Assembly (NCBI GenBank): GCA_013115145.1
Contig: JAAPAO010000288.1
Coordinates: 1 to 42,536 of the forward strand
Reading direction: 5' to 3'
Length of the DNA: 42,536 bases
From: Perkinsus chesapeaki ATCC PRA-425
Taxonomy: Eukaryota > Protista > Perkinsozoa
Under the pieces are notes generated by a model that saw only the letters and a list, made by a program, of their open reading frames with translations, had not been told where the DNA came from and made no database searches. Of this stretch, positions 35,105 through 42,536 are shown piece after piece. Position 1 is the first letter of the stretch. The number at the start of each line of letters is the position of its first letter. Position numbers and translations under genes: made by a program.

Positions 35105-38100
35105 ATGAGTGGTGGGCCATCGGGGGGCTCCACTGCCGTTCATTCATCAGAAAATGAACATATTCTTTATGCGAGGGATGTTAAAGTTAGAATAAGACCA
35201 GTTGATAGGGAAGAGTAAGGGTCTTCAGTCCGACCTATTTTGTATCTTTCTTCAATCAACCACCTTTACCACTCAGCTTGTTCACCTACGGCCAGAAATG
35301 ATAACTTTTGAAATGAACTTAGAGCTATTACTACCATCATAGCCTTCTCACAATGGTTCCTCGACAAAGACCAGACCGCATCATCATTTCCAAGACTTTA
35401 ATTTTCCAAAGTCGATTCTCCTCATAAGGCTTATCAAGCCTTATCAGGTACTCAACTAATCTAACATTGAAGCTCTCCATACAGACAGCGGCATCGCGCG
35501 GTAATGGTGGCTCAAGTGGAGGGAATGCCACTGCAAGGGCGGGAGCCAGTGGGGCGCTACTCATAATGATAACGGATTCAAAAGACCCGTTTTTCCTGTA
35601 TGAAGGTGGTGTCATTAATGGTGCTCTTGTTAACGAGCATAAGGTACACGTTATCGCTTACTGAGGGAGACTATCACATATTGAAAAATGAACAGAGGCT
35701 CTTGGTGGACTTTCAGAACTTCCCTAAGATGATAACAGAGCTGGTGGCGGAGTGTGTGAGTCATTCGGGGCGGGGCACACACTAATGGGAATTCGGTGGG
35801 AGTTCGATTGTTAGAACAGAGGCATTGCTGGAGTACCTCTATTCGATTAAAAAATGAGGAAACTTTCCGACATACCCGATCGGGGAACTACGTGGGGAAA
35901 TGCTTTTCAACTGTAGCAGCAGTTTAATGTAACCTGCTATCGGTTCATTTATACAGTAGGAAAGAATGCAATCCCTCCGTGTCCCGGCGGTTGTGGAGGA
36001 TTATGAATACTCAGGCTCACAGCGCCACAAGCGGCGGTCCGTCCTCTGGTGGACAGAACATGTCCGTTTATCTTGCAGTAGGGGAGTCAACTGTTGAATC
36101 AACAATGAGCATTATAGAGGCAAACCAGTTCAGAGAGATAACACATTTATGCTTGAGGATGCGAAAAGGTGAGCTATACGAACTTGGGCTGGAGTAAGGT
36201 TATATGGGGTAAACTGGGAACCCAAGCTAGGCTGCTTCTCATGAAGGTATTGTTCGAAATTTGCACAAAGAGGCGTCATTCCGGCACCATCATTGAGGGT
36301 CATTCTGTTGTCTGATCTTACCTTGATTGCATGAAGAAAATGAATAGACTTTTGTCCGAAACTTTTTGTTGCTTGTTGGTACGGTTTTTGGTATGCGATA
36401 TAATAAATTTATGCATATTACCGAGGAAATGTGTAAATGGTATATAAAGGGGATATATAATGCATGCTGTCGAAAGAGAGTTTCGGTCAATTTTGATCTC
36501 CCGGCGTCAAGCGATGAAATGGTGGACACGTCTTGAACTAGATGATGAATGATATGAGGTTTACTTTTTTGGTGTCATGAAGAGCATCTTAAGGTACTGA
36601 TGAGGTTATTAAGCATTACTTAGCATCGAAGCTGAACCATTACCAACACATGGCAGAGCGACTGGAGGAAACGTTATGTAATACAGAGAAAGAATTAAGG
36701 TAAGAGCAGATAGGAAAGAAGAGGAGGAGGTGATGTCAGGCGAGTTGCGGCAGAACGGCAATCACAAGCGGAGGAGATTAGCCTGATGAAGGTGGGTGAT
36801 GGGTTTACGCGTGGTCCTGTAGCTCAGTGGTTAGAGCGACGGTCTTATGAGCCGTAGGTCGTGGGTTCGACCCCCGCCGGGACTATTTATTGTTGCAGGC
36901 AGAGCGATGTCAGCTCGAGCAGAGTTTGAAAGCTGGTTACGAAAGGGAGATTGCCGAGGTTAGCGAACGCCATGCGAGGGAGATCAGAGATAATCATAAC
37001 AAGTACACTCAAGCAGGGGGCTGTCTTCTGACAAACCCTTCCAGGCTGACAGCGGAGAGGGAAACCATTGTTAAGGATCTTACAACACAGTTGGATGGAG
37101 CTAATGAGGCATCCAAGACAGCAGCGAAATCATTAACTGAAGCGCAGGAGAAGGTAGTTGGGTTGAGCTACCAGTTATTCCAAAAATCGAATTGTCTTGT
37201 CATTATTCGATTTATAACGTCATAAGCGTTTGGGAACATGTTGCACAAAACCTGCGTAAAGTGTTGGTACTATTATTCATTATTGTTGTTTTAGATCGCA
37301 ACATTGGAGACCTCTTTGGGTAGTAGTAAGAGGAAGCTCGAGGCAGCTTTGAAGGAGCGTGATGAAGATAAGGAGCGGTATGGATCTAGTAGTGCTGAAG
37401 TAAAGAGGCTTGAGAAGGAAAAGTAATAACAAAGCCATAACTACCTTTAAAGATGTCTTTATATTTTAATAGTGAATGACTTGAATAATATAACTAATTG
37501 ACGGAAACACCCATATCATTTAACTTAATCATCATCACCGACGGTGGTCTATGATTGGTATGGTATAAATTATTATTCTGCATTACCCTTACTCTGTTCT
37601 CGTATTTCTGGTATTATAACTAGTATTATATAGTCATTGCTATTTTACCTCAACTTGTGATATGCCTCTGTGTGGCACAACAAGTCTCTCTCTATTCTTA
37701 ACTAGTAGCCCTCACACCATGCTTATGCTATCTTGTGCTGCTGCTGCTGCCTCACACCAGGCAGCAAAACCATCAGCCCGTTTGTGAATTTCATTCGCTA
37801 CAATTCCAATACTGTTACTCGCATCATTATCTTGGCAGTTTCACGCTGGAAAAGAAGCTCTCTGAATTGGGAGTATCATTGGCTATGTGCAAAGAGCAGC
37901 TAGCTACTAAGGAGGAGCTAGCAAGTAGGTTTTGGGTTTTCGGGTTTCGGGTTTTAGTGATTGTTGTAGGTAAGTCTAGGGAGTTGCTGGAGCAAGCTAA
38001 TCAACAGAAAGCATCACTAGAGGAACAGATACAAATGTGAACCTGCAGGGTGTGGGGTTCGAACCTGGGACCTATGGGTTAATAGGTATAGAACTAGCCT

Positions 38101-39631
38101 CACTCAGCTAGAAGAGAAGCTGAGTGTGAGCTTTAAGGAGACAACTAAGGGAAATGAAGTTATCAAGAAATTGCAGGAACAAATAAAAGCCTACAAGTCC
38201 AGAGTTAAAGGACTCAAGCAAGTGAGCTGGCATTTCCGAAGTGTCACTGCATTCAAGTGCATATTACCAAGTATTCGTGATGATAGATGCGAACACTTCT
38301 AGAAGTGAGCTCCCTCTCTACTGAGGACAACTATCATATTAATTATAACCATATCATGTATTACAAATCTTATCATTGATCAAAACTAGTAAAAACAACC
38401 GACTTTCTGGCCAAATGATTATTGCCATTTGAATTCATTATCGACATTTTCGTGTAGTCGATGCAAACCCACGAGGAGACCATCCACGAACTTGATCGTC
38501 GACTGCTGGATGAGCAAAGGGCCCATGATGACACCAAGCTCGAGCATAAGAGTAGTTCCTCAGCGCGAGTTGCGCCGGCGGCGGCGGTGAGGGGGAGAGA
38601 GTGTTTGAATGCTTAGGAGCGCTCGATGCTCTGGATAGAGCACACGAGGACTGTGATGCCACTCGAGGGAAGCTGGCCGAAGCTCATAAATTGTTGGAAT
38701 CAAATGAGCAAGTTATATCGTATCTCAATAAGAGGCTCACTGATAGGGATGTTAAGGTGAGGAAAGGGTGGGAGAAGGAAAGGAGGGGAGTCAACTCCCT
38801 CCGCAGAGATGTGTTCATCGGACAGGATCAAAAATATTTACCACTGCGGTGTTGATAGAAAATATCCTAGGCGTACGAGAAAGATGAAATGAATCGCTTT
38901 TGGAAACATCCGATGGTCCTGATGGGAGGGGAAATGTACGTCAAAAAATAAATGAAGATTTCTCATGAGAGATCTATGGTGATTCCCGAATGCAATTGCT
39001 AGGCTTTAGTCGGGTCTAGAAATGAGAACTAGGAAGTAGTCGATATTTGACTCCCTGCGCTGGATACGGGATCTTCGAGGCATACTGAGTAGCGTTAGAG
39101 TTGTTGTTTTAAACAGGTACTGTCCGGGATCGAACCCGGGTCGTCATCAAGTGGAGGGTACTCAGCCCTCAGTCTGCCAGTTCTACCCTCGCATAGACAT
39201 CATCAACAGCCACAAGCCATAACCTCCTCCTCCACTTCACACCACACCACAGCGGGAAGCAGCAGTAGGAGCCACTCCCCGAGCACAAGTAGACTGGGCG
39301 GAAGTGGAGTCCTGAGCAACCGAACTAACAGTAAGATATGCAACTTACTTGTGAGCATTAGTGCTTCTTAGCCTTTGAAGGGGGTGGCGGAGGCGGCGGA
39401 GCGATGCAGATTTCAGGAAGTGCTAGCACTTCTATGATCCGACAGCATGCTCCTCCCCCGTATCATAGCGGTCAACGGTTAGCATCGGGCTTTACGATAC
39501 CGGGTGGATCGGCGACAGCGGCGAAGAGATCTAATTTTGATGATATATCTGCTATAGGTAAGAACGATATATATTCTTATTCCTCATGGAGCATCGAGCA
39601 CATTGTGCCATCGTCGCCTCTCCCAGCATAG
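35105..39631 (+). CDS. SAS6: Centriole cartwheel protein SAS-6, multi-exon (3' end uncertain)
   Basis: Head-domain motifs ITDSKDPFFLY, YHILKNEQRLLVDFQNFPKMITELVAEC and IIEANQFREITHLCLRMRKG. Coiled-coil exons include KGNEVIKKLQ, followed by a Ser-rich tail. Confidence 0.88.
36813..36885 (+). tRNA. tRNA-Ile, anticodon TAT, intact cloverleaf, nested in SAS-6 intron 36792-36898
   Basis: Acceptor GGTCCTG/CGGGACT, D-arm TAGCTCAGTGGTTAGAGC, anticodon stem ACGGT/GCCGT with loop CTTATGA, T-arm GTGGG-TTCGACC-CCCGC; 73 nt. Confidence 0.9.
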
Positions 39632-39858
39632 TACAGGGAGTGCGGGCATTAACTGGGCCACATAGGCTAATGATACGATGTATATATTGGGGTTTGTTCT
39701 ACTTTGGATGCTTATTAAGGGCTCATTTCGGTTGTATTCTTTCTCCTATACCACCTGGGATGAAGAAATGAATGGGAAGCTCTCGCTCTCGAAGTCACGC
39801 ATTGGTATTCGGCCACAATCTCTAGGATGGACAAGTGATTTTTTTACTATATAATCTG

Positions 39859-40774
39859 CTAAAGTTTCGATCCGAAACGATTGTTGTTGTGATTTGCATG
39901 ACAAATTGGAACACCCTGTAGATGACTGCTACGGCACCTTGAATAAACTGAGGGGAAGTCTGTTAATTTGTAATTAGGTAGACAAATCGATCTTGACCAA
40001 CTTTTCTCGTTTTTGCTACATTTGCTTGGTCTTCTATTTCCAAGTTTGCGGGCATTCACATCATCCAGGTCACCATCTATCGGGTGTTGAGAATCAGCCG
40101 CCTCCTCCTTCATCATCATCCACATCAGCAGCAGCTCTACAAAACAGGCTAGCTGCCGGCCCTGTACGATTCTTGCCTAAATCTTGAAGATGTTGTTGAA
40201 TAATAATTCAAATAATAGAGGCCTTAAGAGGCTCTTCGGTGGTCATCGCATGAGTGCCTGCATTTTACTTGAAGTATGTTGTTGGGTTTGTTATGTTAAT
40301 AAATGATAGATAAGGGAGGTATAATGGACAGTCCAGCAGCAACAACAAGGAGCTGGATAAACCCCTTCTCGGAGGCTTCAGAGGAGGAGGAGGACTCAAA
40401 CAGGTCGGCAATGAGTCCAACAATAGTTAACCAAATATACGTTACAGCGTTAATGCACTCTGGAGGCCAACCTAGTCTTTACTAGCCAGAATACGCCCAC
40501 GACTGGCAGTGTGGCTTGCTTCGAACAAGTCGCTCACTAGAGACATACTATCAAAATGCCAACAAAAAGCTCTCTTTTGTCCTTGGTTTCTTACCAAATC
40601 GGAAAACGTAGCGCAATGTGAAGAATAGTGGAGGTTTCCACAAGCCTTAACGCATTTGCTGCCGCTAAGATAACAGCTTGGATAAGCTTGGAAAGAAAGC
40701 TTCCTTAGAGATGAAACGGTTGATCGATTTGGTTTGTCGTGACAGCTCTCCGTGCGTATCACACGCTGGAGCAC
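39859..40774 (-). CDS. Hypothetical Cys-containing multi-exon protein (5' exons probably extend to ~41070)
   Basis: Minus-strand ORF pieces include SC...LRKLSFQAYPSCYLSGSKC and an acidic/basic tail; splicing is not resolved. Confidence 0.35.
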
Positions 40775-41429
40775 TTCTCACAACATTGACGACGAGCTCT
40801 GATTACAAATGACTTTATAAGTCATTCATTAGTACTGTTTTTATTTGAGAAGATAGGCCCGCCACTGTGCCCCTATCCTGGAGGTACACGTCAGAGAGTT
40901 GCTCCTGCCCTACAGGTCACCAGCTCTACAACTCACGGGCCCGTCATCCTCTACAGCCGGCATCATACAGTTTGATCTAACCAAGGGGTTTCCGAGACTC
41001 AGACGAGACCTCAATTTGAAAGAAAAGGCAAACCGTATCATCGATGCAATAGTAGAGCGACCGATGGTTCATCTTTTACTATTATCAACTCAACTCATTA
41101 TGTCTGTCTTGGCCGGAGTTTATGCCACCGGTCAACTGCTAGCACCGGGCAGCCCACAGTAAAGAATCTGCCCTTAGTGATGTTGCATTCCGTGCTTCAG
41201 AGTGGCTTCTTATTTTGATCTTAATGAGGATAAAATAAATGCCACAGTTGAGGGCTTTATCGATATAACATGGCCGAGTGTTGGGTATCATTCCCATTTT
41301 TCCAAGTAAACAATTGCTGCTACCGTCTCAGTTACTGCCTTGTCTACGCTTCGGTGTGTTTATGGTCGATAATCCTCCTATTGCATCAAGCCTTATTCTT
41401 ACCGCTGCAGAGAAGTAGGTGGTATCGTA

Positions 41430-42415
41430 TCACGCTTTACTGTTACATATTTCAGTTTCCTTGGCAACAGCTGCTCTGCTTCCCTTTAATACCGCTCGCT
41501 TCTCATCGTCCTTAACATCAAGGTTTATGCGTTCCTCCTCCTCATCGATATGCGCCGTCTTTACGTTACCTTGGCGCGCTCTGACATGGGTTTTTACTAT
41601 CTATCTGGATTATCATAGCTCATGGTTCTGGAAGAGGTAGGTCGGAGTGATGTCGAACTCAGTGTGAAGAACACCAAGATGAGTGTTGGTAAGGTTTGGT
41701 GATCTCAACTCGCCCGAGCTCAACCTCGTCTGAGCTCATTGACAGTTAGTCGTGGGCGAGCTGAGCCGATCATGACTATCAACTCGAAACAGTGAATGGT
41801 ATACAGACATCAACACATCATTACGAACAGCATGGCTTCAGTACAAAGTCGTTGATTATTCATCATCATTATTCTTATAATCGACATATGGCTCATTTTT
41901 CCACGCCCCTGTGGCCTCAAACTTCCCACATAGAGCGCGATAAAAGGAGAAGATATCTTCGGAGGAATCACCCAAGGCTTGGTGAAGTTCCCTAACTGCT
42001 CTGAAACAGTTGCTTGTCTCGATCTCCAACCCCTCTAGAGGATCTTCGCTCCCCCTGAAGTTAACGTATAAGACCATTCTCACCCGGGATTTATCTCTTC
42101 TTACTCGCTCAACGTGCCATTAACGCAATCGATGGATCGCGTAGTAATACTTCCAGCATCAAGCTTGAAGTACCACTCCAGATTGTCTTTTCTGTTTTCG
42201 CTGAATTTCCCGTCATTCTCGACATCAACTTGACACACATGCGAATCGCCGTGGGTATAGACCTTAGCGCCTTCCATCTGAAAGGGGCATCAACTCCGGT
42301 AGACTCGTTAAATTACATTCAGCTCTGTCTCGCTAGTTAGCTCGGAGCTTCTGCCCGACTTTCTTATGGCAACAGCGATGCTATAAAAAGTGAGAATCAC
42401 AGCGAGGCGTAGCAT
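41430..42415 (-). CDS. Hypothetical secreted protein, multi-exon
   Basis: ATG at 42415 gives MLRLAVILTFYSIAVA (signal-peptide-like). GT-AG-bounded exons follow, including MVLYVNFRGSEDPLEGLEIETSNCF, and a last exon ends ...ETEICNSKA*. Confidence 0.45.
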
Positions 42416-42536
42416 AGTGAATCAGTAATGAATATAACGAATACCAACGACTGAGCGGAATTAATGTGAGTTGAAGACTCTCGCCTGAGAGTGTTCAGCT
42501 AGGTAAAATGCACAGTGAGCGTCAAGTGACCTTCTC

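Noticed and set aside
1-42536. Spliced-leader RNA gene
   Set aside because: No match to the Perkinsus/dinoflagellate leader core CCGTAGCCAT..TGGCTCAAG seen on either strand by eye.

Overview
Intron-rich eukaryotic DNA, not prokaryotic. Short 43-50 nt GT-AG introns, single-exon pepsin-like protease paralogues and alveolate-style gene content suggest Perkinsus or a relative (inference). Gene models were spliced by hand from GT/AG sites and family motifs, so internal exons are approximate. Left to right: two tandem hemerythrin (HHE) genes flanking a J-domain gene; BET3/TRAPPC3; an ~11 kb TPR/Mlp-like coiled-coil nucleoporin; ~3.5 kb with no convincing CDS; two head-to-head A1 aspartic protease genes in an inverted duplication; PAN3, which holds two minisatellites at assembly gaps; SAS-6, divergent from PAN3; and two hypothetical genes. 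The most unusual signal is that tRNA sequence recurs inside introns in a decay series. The series runs from an intact tRNA-Ile(UAU), through a full-length decayed tRNA-Gln filling an intron, to T-arm/3' fragments making up most of 43-51 nt introns. A second family, the 15-nt motif CTTAGCGGAGCGAAG, recurs in four short introns and as a hairpin in the PAN3/SAS-6 divergent promoter.
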